In this document: positions 13,074 to 22,574 of the stretch, piece by piece
How positions within the stretch are numbered: the stretch's first letter is position 1
How the letters are laid out: each line of letters opens with the position of its first letter
Origin: Hyalangium minutum
GTDB taxonomy: Bacteria > Myxococcota > Myxococcia > Myxococcales > Myxococcaceae
DNA length: 64,000 nt
Assembly (NCBI RefSeq): GCF_000737315.1
Contig: NZ_JMCB01000003.1
Location: 1,054,001-1,118,000 of the forward strand
Direction of reading: 5' to 3'
Notes under the pieces: generated by a model
Database searches by the model: none
Told to the model about the DNA's origin: nothing
Seen by the model: the letters and a program-made list of their open reading frames with translations, nothing else
Position numbers and translations under genes: made by a program

Positions 13074-13296
13074 AGTGCGCTCGAGTGCTGCAACCGCGGC
13101 AAGTCCCCGAAATAGCGCAGGCGCGCCACGTGGCGGCCGCTGGGGAGGCTCAGCGGTGCGTGTTGCCGCTACGCGGTGGCGTCATCTCGCCACGCAGCAG
13201 CACGCCCAAGGTGATGCTATTAGCGGCGCTCACGGGCCGTGGGGCCCCAGACGAACCTGGGCGCAGCCCACGGCCCGTGAGCGCCGTGCGGGGACG

Positions 13297-14613
13297 CTAC
13301 TTGGGCTCCAGCGTGAGTTTCAGGGCTGGCGAGTCCTTCACCTGCCCCTGGTGCGTCACGCGTGTGCCCAGGATGAAGTGCGGCTTGAAGAAATCGACCT
13401 CCTTCTCTCCAGCGAAGGCCGTGAAGAAGCGATCCGCTCCGGCCGCCACCGCCGGCAGGAACTCCTGCGGCTTGTCTCCATCCGAGATGGCGAAGCCCCC
13501 GTTGTCCTTCACCTCTCCATCCTCCTCCAGCCGCGCGCCACGGATTCGACTCTTGTCGTTGCGCGTGTCGCTCCACACCACCAGCGAGTTCGAGTCATCA
13601 TGCGCCACGCGCGGCGTGATCTGATCCCCCGAGGCCTTCGAGATGGGGATGCCGTTCTTGTCATCCACCTTGCCGTCGCCTCGCACGCGCGCACCGAAGA
13701 TGTCGGCATCCCCTTTCCGGGTGTCCGACCAGACCACGTGGAACCTCTTCCCGCTCCAAGCCACATCCGGGGCCCGCTGCGCACCATCCGCCTCGGAGAT
13801 GGGGAAGCCATCTCCGTCGAGGATCTCGCCGTCCTCGGTGACCCGGTTGCCGAAGATGTCCTCCTCTCCCTCACCGCCGCGAGAGTCCGACCAGACGACC
13901 AGGAACACTTCCTTGCTGGAGCTCCAAGCCACGGCGGCATCCACGGCGAAGTTGTCGCCAGGGCTCAAGAACCGATCGGGATCATCGAGGACCTCGCCGT
14001 CCTTCGTCACCCGCGTGAAGAAGATGTCGGTCTCGTTATCCCCTTCCACCGTGAAGGTCACCACGCAGATGTCCTTGGAGCAGGCGACGTCAACCGGTCC
14101 GAAGGTCTCGTCTGAATTGATGACGTCGAAGACCGGGCCCACGACGTTACCATCAGGCTTCACCCGCACAGCCCTCACGCCATCGAACGACTCCCAGACC
14201 ACGAAGAAGTGCGTGCCATTGTAGGCGATGGCGGGCTCCCTGATAGCTTCGTCATCGGAGGCGTCACTGATGTTGATGCGGATTCCCTCCGGGTCGAGGA
14301 TCGTGCCGTCTGGCTTCACCCGCGTGCCGAACACCCCACCCTCACGGATGTCGTTCCAGACGACAAAGAACTTGCCCCCTCCAAAGGCGACGTCGGGGCC
14401 GAAGCGCGCCAGGGCCGCAGGCTTGAAGTCATCCCCCTCCCGTAGCGCGTGGACTGCGGCGCTGACGTCAGGAACCGCCTCCGCCTGCCCCACGTCCACC
14501 GCTTCGGATGAGTCCTCCTCCTCCTCCTGCACTGGCGCACAACCGGCCACCACCACCCCGAGCAAGACCACGCCACACACTCCCACGAAGCTCGACTTCT
14601 CGCTCCAGTTCAT
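13297..14613 (-). CDS. Lipoprotein with 7 tandem repeats (predicted beta-propeller), copy A
   Basis: VVVAGC lipobox, acidic linker, seven P.VA..G..F.VVW.D.R...IFG.RV..DG repeats. Confidence 0.8.
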   Translation of the reverse strand: MNWSEKSSFVGVCGVVLLGVVVAGCAPVQEEEEDSSEAVDVGQAEAVPDVSAAVHALREGDDFKPAALARFGPDVAFGGGKFFVVWNDIREGGVFGTRVKPDGTILDPEGIRINISDASDDEAIREPAIAYNGTHFFVVWESFDGVRAVRVKPDGNVVGPVFDVINSDETFGPVDVACSKDICVVTFTVEGDNETDIFFTRVTKDGEVLDDPDRFLSPGDNFAVDAAVAWSSSKEVFLVVWSDSRGGEGEEDIFGNRVTEDGEILDGDGFPISEADGAQRAPDVAWSGKRFHVVWSDTRKGDADIFGARVRGDGKVDDKNGIPISKASGDQITPRVAHDDSNSLVVWSDTRNDKSRIRGARLEEDGEVKDNGGFAISDGDKPQEFLPAVAAGADRFFTAFAGEKEVDFFKPHFILGTRVTHQGQVKDSPALKLTLEPK

Positions 14614-14797
14614 GTGCAACCCCCTTGGATGAGGTGGCGCAATCTCAAGCATCCCTCCCTCATGCGCTATCTACCCGGCGGGGCAGGAGGCGTGTGGACA
14701 GGCGGCGGCTCCGTCGACGCCCAAGGCCTGCCCTTGCGGAGCGCTCCGCAAGGGCAGGCCTTCCCATCCCCTTGAGATACACGCCTGCCCCGGGACG

Positions 14798-16081
14798 CTA
14801 CTTGGGCTCCAGCGTGAGCTTCAGGGCCGGCGAGTCCTTCACCTGCCCCTGGTGCGTCACACGCGTGCCCAGAATGAAGTGCGGCTCGAGGAAATCGACC
14901 TCCTGCGCGCCCGCGAAGGCCGTGAAGAAGCGATCGGCTCCGGCGGCCACCGCCGGCAGGAACTCCTGCGGCTTGTCTCCATCCGAGATGGCGAAGCCCC
15001 CGTTGTCCTTCACCTCTCCATCCTCCTCCAGCCGGGCACCCCGGATTCGGTTCTTCCCGTTGCGCGTGTCGGTCCACACCACCAGCGAATTGGAGTCGTC
15101 GTGCGCCACGCGCGGCGTGAGCTGATCCCCCTTGGCCTTGGAGATGGGGATGCCGTCCTCATCATCCACCTTGCCGTTGCCGCGCACACGGGCGCCGAAG
15201 ATGTCAGCGTCCCCATTCCGGGTGTCCGACCACACCACGTGGAACCTCTTCCCGCTCCAGGCCACGTCCGGGGTCAGCTGCGCGCCATCCGCCTCGGAGA
15301 TGGGGAAGCCATTGCCGTCGAGGATCTCGCCGTCCTCGGTGAGCCGGTTGCCGAAGATGTCCTCCTCTCCCTCGCCACCGCGAGAGTCCGACCAGACAAC
15401 CAGGAACACTTCCTTGTTGGAGCTCCAGGCCACAGCGGCATCCCGGGCGAAGTTGCCGCTCGTCACGGACTCGTCGTCAGCACGGAGCACGATGCCGTTC
15501 TTCGTCACCCGCCTGAAGAAGATGTCGTCCTCGTCATCCCCTGTCACCCTGAAGGTCACCACGCAGATGTCCTTGGAGCAGGCGATGTCGACCGGTCCGA
15601 AGGTCTCGCCTGAAGTGATGACGTTGAAGACCGGGCCCACGACGGTGCCATCCGGCTTCACCCGCACACCCGACACGCCATCGGCCCTCTCCCAGACCAC
15701 GAAGAAGTGCGTGCCATTGTAGGTGATGGCGGGAGGCCCGACGGCTTCGTCGTCGGAGTCGTCGCTGATGTTGATGCGGATGCCCTCCGGGTCGAGGATG
15801 TCGCCATCTGGCCTTACCCGTGTGCCGAACACTCCACCCTCGCGGATGTCGTTCCAGACGACGAAGAACTTGCCCCCTCCAAAGGCGACATTGGGGCCGA
15901 AGCGCGCCAGGGCTGCGGGCTTGAAGTCATCCCCCTTCCGCAGCGCCTGGGATTCAGCGCTGACGTCCGAGACCGCCTCGGATGAATCCTTTTCCTGCAC
16001 CGGCCCACAGCCGGCCATCACCGCCCCGAGCAAGACCACGCCACACATTCCCGCGAAGCTCGACTTCCCGCTCCAGCTCAT
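14798..16081 (-). CDS. Lipoprotein with 7 tandem repeats (predicted beta-propeller), copy B
   Basis: AVMAGC lipobox; closely similar to 13297-14613 along its whole length, identical C-terminus QGQVKDSPALKLTLEPK. Confidence 0.8.
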   Translation of the reverse strand: MSWSGKSSFAGMCGVVLLGAVMAGCGPVQEKDSSEAVSDVSAESQALRKGDDFKPAALARFGPNVAFGGGKFFVVWNDIREGGVFGTRVRPDGDILDPEGIRINISDDSDDEAVGPPAITYNGTHFFVVWERADGVSGVRVKPDGTVVGPVFNVITSGETFGPVDIACSKDICVVTFRVTGDDEDDIFFRRVTKNGIVLRADDESVTSGNFARDAAVAWSSNKEVFLVVWSDSRGGEGEEDIFGNRLTEDGEILDGNGFPISEADGAQLTPDVAWSGKRFHVVWSDTRNGDADIFGARVRGNGKVDDEDGIPISKAKGDQLTPRVAHDDSNSLVVWTDTRNGKNRIRGARLEEDGEVKDNGGFAISDGDKPQEFLPAVAAGADRFFTAFAGAQEVDFLEPHFILGTRVTHQGQVKDSPALKLTLEPK

Positions 16082-16269
16082 GTGCAACCCCCTTGGATTG
16101 AGGTGGCGCAATCTCAAGCATCCCTCCCTCATGCGCCATCCACCCGGCGGGGCAGAAGGCCTGAGCCTTTCGGCCATGGAGGCTGCCTGCGACTCCAGGT
16201 ATCCTCGCGCCGTCGCGCCCTGTGGCCGCAGGCGTGTGCCCCCCATCCTCTCTCTCCGGAAAGACACCC

Positions 16270-19200
16270 ATGTCACCGCGCCGTCGCGCCTCCACGTCTT
16301 GGAGCCCGCTGAATCCCTGGCTCGCCGCCGCGCTCTGTGGCGGCCTGATGTTTCTCTTCACCACCTGCTCTCCCACCGAGCTCCCTCCCGAGCCCTCCGC
16401 GTCTGTCGACGGCCCCCCCGCTGTCGAGGTCTCGCCCCCGTTCGACGTCCAGACCGTCATTCGCAGAGTGCGTCTGGCTTTCCGCTCCGAGTCCGGAGCC
16501 TTCACGACGGGTCAGGCCACCTACGCTGTGCGTGTGAGCTCCGAAGGGCTCGTCCAGTTCACGCCGCATCACGTACGGACCGAGCAGGAACCGCCCATCC
16601 TGAGCGAGCCCCTGAAGGTGAAGACGGCCTCCATCTCCCGCGGGCCCCAGCCGCTGCTGCAGGCGGCCCGGGCGTCCGTGCGTGAGGATGGAGCGCTGAC
16701 GCTGGCGCGGGGTCCGGTGGTGGAGGTGCTGCAGAACGGCGACGAGGGCCTGGAGCAGCGCTGGGAGCTGGCCGCGAAGCCAGCAGGCACGGGTGACCTG
16801 GAGGTGCGGGTGGAGCTGGCGGGGCTGGACTACGTCAGCGAGACGGCGCTGGGGCACCACTACGTGGACCGCAAGACGGGGCTCGGGGTGCGCTACGGCA
16901 AGGCCACCTGGGTGGACGCGGCGGGAGTGAAGACCCCGGTGGATTCCGTCCGAGAAGGCCGGGCGCTGGTGATCCGCGTGCCGGCGCGGGTGCTGGAGCG
17001 CTCGGCGTTTCCGGCGGTGCTCGACCCGATCATCTCCCCGGAGATCAGCCCGGACACGCCGGTGCCTGCCCCCAACAACACCGATGAGTCGTCTCCCGCC
17101 ATCGCGGCGGGTGGGGGCCTCTACTTCGTGGCGTGGACGGTCACCACCTCCAGCAGCAACCTGGATGTTCTGGGCACGCGCGTACGGGCCTCGGACGGCG
17201 CAGTGCTGGACGTGAACGGCATCTCCCTGGGTGTCGGTTCGGCCCATCAACTGAACCCGGCTGTGGCCTCCAACGGAAGCGACTTCCTGGTGGTCTGGGA
17301 TGACAGCAGCGACATCCGCGCCGCTCGGGTGCGTGGCTCGACCGGTCAGATCCTGGGCTCCACCTTCTATGTCTCGACTGCGGCGAGCTCCCAGGGCCAG
17401 CCCGCCGTGGCCTTCGATGGCACGAATTACCTCGTGGTCTGGGACGACTACCGCAACGGCTCGCACTTCGACGTCTACGGCTCGCGCGTGAGGGCGTCGG
17501 ATGGCGTGGTGCTCGACCCGTCCGGCCTGCCCATCTCCACCGCGGCCGGGTGGCAGACCGCGCCCTCGGTGCACTTCGATGGCACCCAGTACCTGGTGGC
17601 CTGGAGCGATACCCGTGGCAGCTCGGAGGCAGACCTCTATGGCACCCGCGTCAGCGTGGCTGGGACGCCGCTCGACCCCGCGGGCATCCTCATCTCCTCG
17701 GCACCGGGCTACCAGTTTTCCCCGTCTATCGCCTCCGCCGGCGGCCTCTTCTTCCTCGCCTGGGACGACCGGCGAAATGAAGCCCAGTCCGATGTCTATG
17801 CCGCGAGGCTCCGGGCGTCGGATGGCGTGGTGCTCGACCCCGCGGGCATCCCCCTCGCCACCGGCCCCGCCAGCCAGACCGGTGTCTCCGCCGCTTCCGA
17901 CGGGAGCCGCTTCCTGGTCGTGTGGCACCACTCCACGGACTCGAACAGCTCCGACGTCTATGGCCAGCGCATCGGCATGGATGGCGGGCTGATCGACCCA
18001 GCGGCCGTGCCCCTGTTCGCGGCCACCACGCGCCAAGAGCGGGTGCCCACCGTGGTGTTCGATGGAACCCGGTTCATGGTGGTCTGGGTGAACACCTGGA
18101 ACGGCTTCAGCCGCGGGGACATCCATGGAGGGAGGGTGCAGCCCTCGGATCTGGCGGTCATCGACACGCCTCCGCTGCTCGTCTCCAGCACCGCCAACTC
18201 CGAGGGCGCGCCCGCCGTGGCCGCGGGAGCCAACAGCTACCTCGTCGTGTGGATGGACTCGCGCGGCTGGACGGGCGGCTTCGGTATCCATGGCGTACGG
18301 ATCCGGGCGTCGGATGGCGTGGTGCTCGACCCCGTGGCCATTCGCATCTCTCCCGCCATCGCCGGAGCAAGCAACCCCTCGGTGGCCTTCGACGGGAGCC
18401 ACTTCCTGGTGGTGTGGAACGACTACCGGGGCGCGGGGCCCGCGACCGCGCATGTCTATGGCGCACGGGTCCGGGAGGCGGATGGCGCGGTGCTCGACAC
18501 GGAGGGCATCGCTATCGCCAACACCTCCCAGAGGACCCAGTCGCAGCCAAAGGTGGCCTTCGGCGAGGGGATCTACCTGGTGACGTGGACGGACAACAAC
18601 GTGTCGGGCACGGCCGCAGACGTGTATGCCGCGCGAGTGAGGGCCTCGGACGGAGGGGTACTGGACCCCACGGGAATCGCGGTGGCGACGGCGGCCCACA
18701 ATGAGAGCGGCCCCGCCACGGCCTATGGTGGCGGCACCTTCTTGGTGGCCTGGAGTGACACGCGGAACGGGTTCTTGGAGAGTGACATCTACGCCGCGCG
18801 CGTGAGGGCCTCGGATGGCGTGATACTCGACAGCCCGGGTTTTCCTCTCAACACCAGAACGGGCGCCCAGAGCTCCGTGGCCCTGGCCTTCGATGGGAGC
18901 CTCTTCCTGGCAGTCTGGAAGGATGAGCGCACCTCGAACGCGGCCCTCTACGGGACGCGGGTGAGGCCCTCGGATGGCACGGTGCTCGATACCGGTGGCG
19001 GCCGCGTGCTCTACCCGGACAGCAGCTACAAGGGCGCTCCTGCCCTGGCCTTCGATGGGAGCAGCTACCTGCTGGTATGGCGGGACAGCGTGGGCCTCAC
19101 GTTCCGGCTCAACGGAGGAAGGCTGGCGCCGGATCTCACCCAGCTGGATGCCAGCCGGTTCCTCATCTCCGACATGAGCGGGCAGGTGTCGAGCACGACG

Positions 19201-22200
19201 ACCCCCGCGGCGGCCGCCTGGGGACGAGGGCGGTTCCTCGCCGCCTATGAGCCTTACGACACCGTGGCCGTCCAACTCCGCGTCAAGGTGAGGCTGGTGT
19301 CCGACCCTGTGAATGGCTCGCGCTGCATGAGCGGCACGGACTGCACGAGCGGCTTCTGCGTCGACGGAGTGTGCTGCGCCACCGCGTGCACAGGGGGGAC
19401 GTGCAGCGGAGGGACGTGCGAGTATCCGGCCGCGCGGCTCATCTGCCCCGCGAACATGGTGGCCGAAGCCACCAGCGCCACGGGAGCGCTCGTCAACTAC
19501 CCTCCCGCCATGGCCACGGGGACGGCGCCGCTCACGGTGACGTATAGCCAGGCCTCAGGGACCCGGTTCGCGATGGGCACCACCCCCGTCAACGCCAACC
19601 TCGTCGACGGCGAGGGGCGCACGGCCTCTTGCTCCTTCTCCGTCACGGTGCGAGACAGCACCGCGCCCGCCCTCTCCTGCTCTGGGGACCTCGTGGCTGA
19701 GGCGACGGGCCCCTCGGGGGCCACCGTCAGCTTCCCGGCGCCCACTGCCACGGATGCGGTGACCGCGGCGCCCACCGTCACGGTGAGCCACGTCAGCGGC
19801 AGCACCTTCCCGCTCGGTGTCACCTCGGTGACGGCCACCTCGGCGGACGCGGCCGGCAATACCAGCACGTGCACCTTCACCCTCACCGTGCGCGACACCA
19901 CGCCTCCGTTGCTGTCATGTCCCGGAAACCTCACGGTGGATGCCACGAGCACCATGGGCGCCAACGTCACCTACCCGCCCGCCACCGCCACGGACTTGGT
20001 GTCGATCGTCACGCCCGGCTACAGCAAGGCCTCGGGCTCGCACTTCGATGTGGGCTCCACACCTGTCTCCGTCACCGCAACCGATGGCGCGGGCAACAGC
20101 GCCTCGTGCACCTTCACCATCACCGTGCGCCTGCCGCCCGCGCCCCAGCTCACCTGTCCCGCGGACGTGGTGGCTGAGGCCACCAGCGCCTCGGGGGCGC
20201 TCGCCGGCTACCCGCCCGCCACCGCCACCGGCAGCGAGCCGCTCACGGTGACCTACAGCCAGGCCTCGGGAACGCAATTCAGCCTGGGCGCCACCTCTGT
20301 TACCGCCACGGTGACCGATAGCCTGAGCCGCACCCACTCCTGCTCCTTCACCGTCACCGTGCGCGACACCACCGCCCCCTCCGTCTCATGCCCGGGAGAT
20401 CTCATCGCCGAGGCGACGGGACCGAGCGGAGCGGCGGTGAGCTACCTGCCGCCCACGACCACGGATGCCGTCACCTCCGCTCCCACCGTCTCGGTGAGCC
20501 ACGCCAGCGGCAGCACCTTCCCGCTCGGCTCCACCCGGGTGACCGCCACCGCGGCGGATGCGGCCGGGAACACCTCCACCTGCGCCTTCACCCTCACCGT
20601 CCGTGACACCTCAGGGCCCACGCTGTCCTGTCCCGGAAACCTCACGGTGGATGCCACGAGCACCACGGGCGCCAACGCCACCTACCCGCCCGCTACCGCC
20701 ACGGACTCGGTGTCGAGCGTCACGCTGAGCTACAGCAAGGCCTCGGGCTCGCACTTCGACGTGGGCTCCACGCCTGTCTCCGTCACCGCAACCGATGGCG
20801 CGGGCAACAGCGCCTCGTGCACCTTCACCATCACCGTGCGCCTACCGCCCGCGCCCCAGCTCACCTGTCCCGCGAACGGGGTGGCCGAGGCCACCAGCGC
20901 CTCGGGGGCGCTCGTCACCTATCCGCCCGCGACGGCAACCGGCAGCGAGCCGCTCACGGTGACCTACAGCCAGGCCTCGGGCACTGGGTTCGCGCTGGGC
21001 GCCACCTCCATCACCGCTACGGTGACTGACGGCCTGGGCCGCACCCACTCCTGCTCCTTCTCCGTCACCGTGCGTGACACCACTGCGCCCTCCCTCTCCT
21101 GTCCTCAGGACCTTGTGGCTGAGGCGACGGGGCCAAATGGAGCGGCCGTGAGCTACTTGCCACCCACGGCCACGGATGCCGTCACCTCCGCTCCCACCGT
21201 CTCGGTGAGCCACGCCAGCGGCAGCACCTTCCCGCTCGGCTCCACCCGGGTGAGCGCCACCGCGACAGACGCGGCCGGGAACGCCTCCACCTGCGCCTTC
21301 ACCCTCACCGTCCGCGACACCTCGGAGCCCACCCTCTCCTGCCCCGCCAGCGTGACAGCGGAGGCCACGAGCGCTCAGGGCGCGGCCGTCACCTATCCAC
21401 CGGCAACAGCCTCGGACACCTCGTCCTCGCCGACGCTCCACTACAGCCAGGTCTCCGGAACGCGCTTCAGCCTGGGAACCACGGCCGTCACTGTCACCGC
21501 CACGGATGGCGCGGGCAACACCTCCTCGTGCACCTTCACCGTCATCGTGCGCGATACCACGCCCCCAGCCCTCGCCTGTGGCGCGGACCTCGTCGCCGAA
21601 GCCACGGCACGGTCCGGTGCCAGCGTGAACTTCTCGTTGCCCACGGCCACGGACGCCGTCACCGCAACCCCTGTCCTCACGGCCAGCCATGCATCCCGGA
21701 GCCTCTTTCCCCTGGGAGCCACCCGGGTCACCGTGACGGCCTCGGACGAGGCCGGAAACACCCGCACGTGTGCCTTCACCATCACCGTGCGGGACACCAC
21801 CGCTCCGGAAGTGGGCTGCCCGGGTCCGCTCACCGCCGAGGCCGAGGACGCCACCGGCGCCCCCGTCGCCTTCTCCGTGCCCGCGCCGCGTGACACCGTG
21901 ACGTCATCGCCCACGGTGACAGCCAGCCACTCGCCCGGCAGCCGCTTTCCCCTGGGCACCACCCCAGTGCTCCTCTCCGCTTCGGACGAGGCGGGCAACA
22001 CCGCCTCGTGCACCTTCAGCGTCACCGTCCGCGACACCATTGTCCCGCAGCTCACCTGTCCGACGCATGTTCAGGTGATGGATGCGCCGCCGGAGGGCAT
22101 GGCCGTGAACTACCCGCCGGCCACCACCTGGGATGCGGTGTCCTCGCCCGTGCTGAGCTACAGCCAGGCCTCCGGCACGGTCTTCCCCGTGGGGAGGACT

Positions 22201-22410
22201 TCCGTGACGGTGACGGCAACGGATGCCGCCGGCAACAGCGCCAGCTGCGCCTTCGAGGTGCGCGTGGCCCCGTCCATCCAGGAGCCTCCGGAGCCTCCTC
22301 CCTCCGAGGGTTGTGGCTGTGGCGCGGGCAGCAGCACGTCCGCGGGCTTCAGCTGGGGAGCGTTGATGTTGCTCGCCTGGGGAGTGACTCGCCGCCGGCT
22401 CCCCTGTTGA
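16270..22410 (+). CDS. Large cell-surface protein: N-terminal domain, 14 propeller-type repeats, Cys-rich module, 12 HYR domains, MYXO-CTERM-like sorting tail
   Basis: 14 x PAVAFDG..YLVVW repeats; CMSGTDCTSGFCVDGVCC; 12 x C...FP.G.T.V...A.D.AGN...C.F...VRDT; tail GCGCG...WGALMLLAWGVTRRR. Confidence 0.9.
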   Translation: MSPRRRASTSWSPLNPWLAAALCGGLMFLFTTCSPTELPPEPSASVDGPPAVEVSPPFDVQTVIRRVRLAFRSESGAFTTGQATYAVRVSSEGLVQFTPHHVRTEQEPPILSEPLKVKTASISRGPQPLLQAARASVREDGALTLARGPVVEVLQNGDEGLEQRWELAAKPAGTGDLEVRVELAGLDYVSETALGHHYVDRKTGLGVRYGKATWVDAAGVKTPVDSVREGRALVIRVPARVLERSAFPAVLDPIISPEISPDTPVPAPNNTDESSPAIAAGGGLYFVAWTVTTSSSNLDVLGTRVRASDGAVLDVNGISLGVGSAHQLNPAVASNGSDFLVVWDDSSDIRAARVRGSTGQILGSTFYVSTAASSQGQPAVAFDGTNYLVVWDDYRNGSHFDVYGSRVRASDGVVLDPSGLPISTAAGWQTAPSVHFDGTQYLVAWSDTRGSSEADLYGTRVSVAGTPLDPAGILISSAPGYQFSPSIASAGGLFFLAWDDRRNEAQSDVYAARLRASDGVVLDPAGIPLATGPASQTGVSAASDGSRFLVVWHHSTDSNSSDVYGQRIGMDGGLIDPAAVPLFAATTRQERVPTVVFDGTRFMVVWVNTWNGFSRGDIHGGRVQPSDLAVIDTPPLLVSSTANSEGAPAVAAGANSYLVVWMDSRGWTGGFGIHGVRIRASDGVVLDPVAIRISPAIAGASNPSVAFDGSHFLVVWNDYRGAGPATAHVYGARVREADGAVLDTEGIAIANTSQRTQSQPKVAFGEGIYLVTWTDNNVSGTAADVYAARVRASDGGVLDPTGIAVATAAHNESGPATAYGGGTFLVAWSDTRNGFLESDIYAARVRASDGVILDSPGFPLNTRTGAQSSVALAFDGSLFLAVWKDERTSNAALYGTRVRPSDGTVLDTGGGRVLYPDSSYKGAPALAFDGSSYLLVWRDSVGLTFRLNGGRLAPDLTQLDASRFLISDMSGQVSSTTTPAAAAWGRGRFLAAYEPYDTVAVQLRVKVRLVSDPVNGSRCMSGTDCTSGFCVDGVCCATACTGGTCSGGTCEYPAARLICPANMVAEATSATGALVNYPPAMATGTAPLTVTYSQASGTRFAMGTTPVNANLVDGEGRTASCSFSVTVRDSTAPALSCSGDLVAEATGPSGATVSFPAPTATDAVTAAPTVTVSHVSGSTFPLGVTSVTATSADAAGNTSTCTFTLTVRDTTPPLLSCPGNLTVDATSTMGANVTYPPATATDLVSIVTPGYSKASGSHFDVGSTPVSVTATDGAGNSASCTFTITVRLPPAPQLTCPADVVAEATSASGALAGYPPATATGSEPLTVTYSQASGTQFSLGATSVTATVTDSLSRTHSCSFTVTVRDTTAPSVSCPGDLIAEATGPSGAAVSYLPPTTTDAVTSAPTVSVSHASGSTFPLGSTRVTATAADAAGNTSTCAFTLTVRDTSGPTLSCPGNLTVDATSTTGANATYPPATATDSVSSVTLSYSKASGSHFDVGSTPVSVTATDGAGNSASCTFTITVRLPPAPQLTCPANGVAEATSASGALVTYPPATATGSEPLTVTYSQASGTGFALGATSITATVTDGLGRTHSCSFSVTVRDTTAPSLSCPQDLVAEATGPNGAAVSYLPPTATDAVTSAPTVSVSHASGSTFPLGSTRVSATATDAAGNASTCAFTLTVRDTSEPTLSCPASVTAEATSAQGAAVTYPPATASDTSSSPTLHYSQVSGTRFSLGTTAVTVTATDGAGNTSSCTFTVIVRDTTPPALACGADLVAEATARSGASVNFSLPTATDAVTATPVLTASHASRSLFPLGATRVTVTASDEAGNTRTCAFTITVRDTTAPEVGCPGPLTAEAEDATGAPVAFSVPAPRDTVTSSPTVTASHSPGSRFPLGTTPVLLSASDEAGNTASCTFSVTVRDTIVPQLTCPTHVQVMDAPPEGMAVNYPPATTWDAVSSPVLSYSQASGTVFPVGRTSVTVTATDAAGNSASCAFEVRVAPSIQEPPEPPPSEGCGCGAGSSTSAGFSWGALMLLAWGVTRRRLPC

Positions 22411-22574
22411 ACCTCGAGCAGTCACGGTGCCCCAGAAGCCCACGCCCCGCTGCGCCCCGACTGGGTGAGACTGAAGGGAGACGCGAAGATGCCCTGCGGG
22501 GCAACGGCCATCCACCTCTCCGGCCCGAGGGAGCAGGGTTGCCGATCCGAGAAGGACAAGTACTTTCTCGTCCT

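Larger units (their letters stand above)
13289..16150. repeat. Tandem duplication of ~1.4 kb unit (gene plus flanks)
   Basis: Shared downstream GGGACGCTACTTGGGCTCCAGCGTGAG and shared upstream TGTGCAACCCCCTTGGAT..GAGGTGGCGCAATCTCAAGCATCCCTCCCTCATGCGC in both copies. Confidence 0.85.

Noticed and set aside
13289-16150. Duplicated gene pair as template/variable repeat of a diversity-generating retroelement
   Set aside because: No reverse transcriptase; both copies are complete genes and differences are not visibly adenine-specific.
16273-19275. 1000-aa ORF antisense to the HYR/propeller gene (similarly 2626-4209, 4234-5808, 28916-31126, 9606-11051, 60779-62146)
   Set aside because: Shadow ORFs expected from high GC3 codon bias; no recognisable motifs, while the opposite strand has clear domain signatures.
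19430-22270. Regularly spaced DNA repeats that could suggest a CRISPR array
   Set aside because: Repeats are ~240-bp in-frame HYR domains; no short repeat/unique spacer structure and no cas genes.
22529-22543. GG-N10-GC with TTGC upstream of the beta-helix gene as a sigma-54 promoter
   Set aside because: The -24 element (AGGGAGC) matches TGGCACG poorly; likely chance in GC-rich DNA.
22008-22574. Long N-terminal extension of the beta-helix ORF given by the ORF track
   Set aside because: Overlaps the HYR gene out of frame; the lipoprotein signal at 22575 marks the real start.
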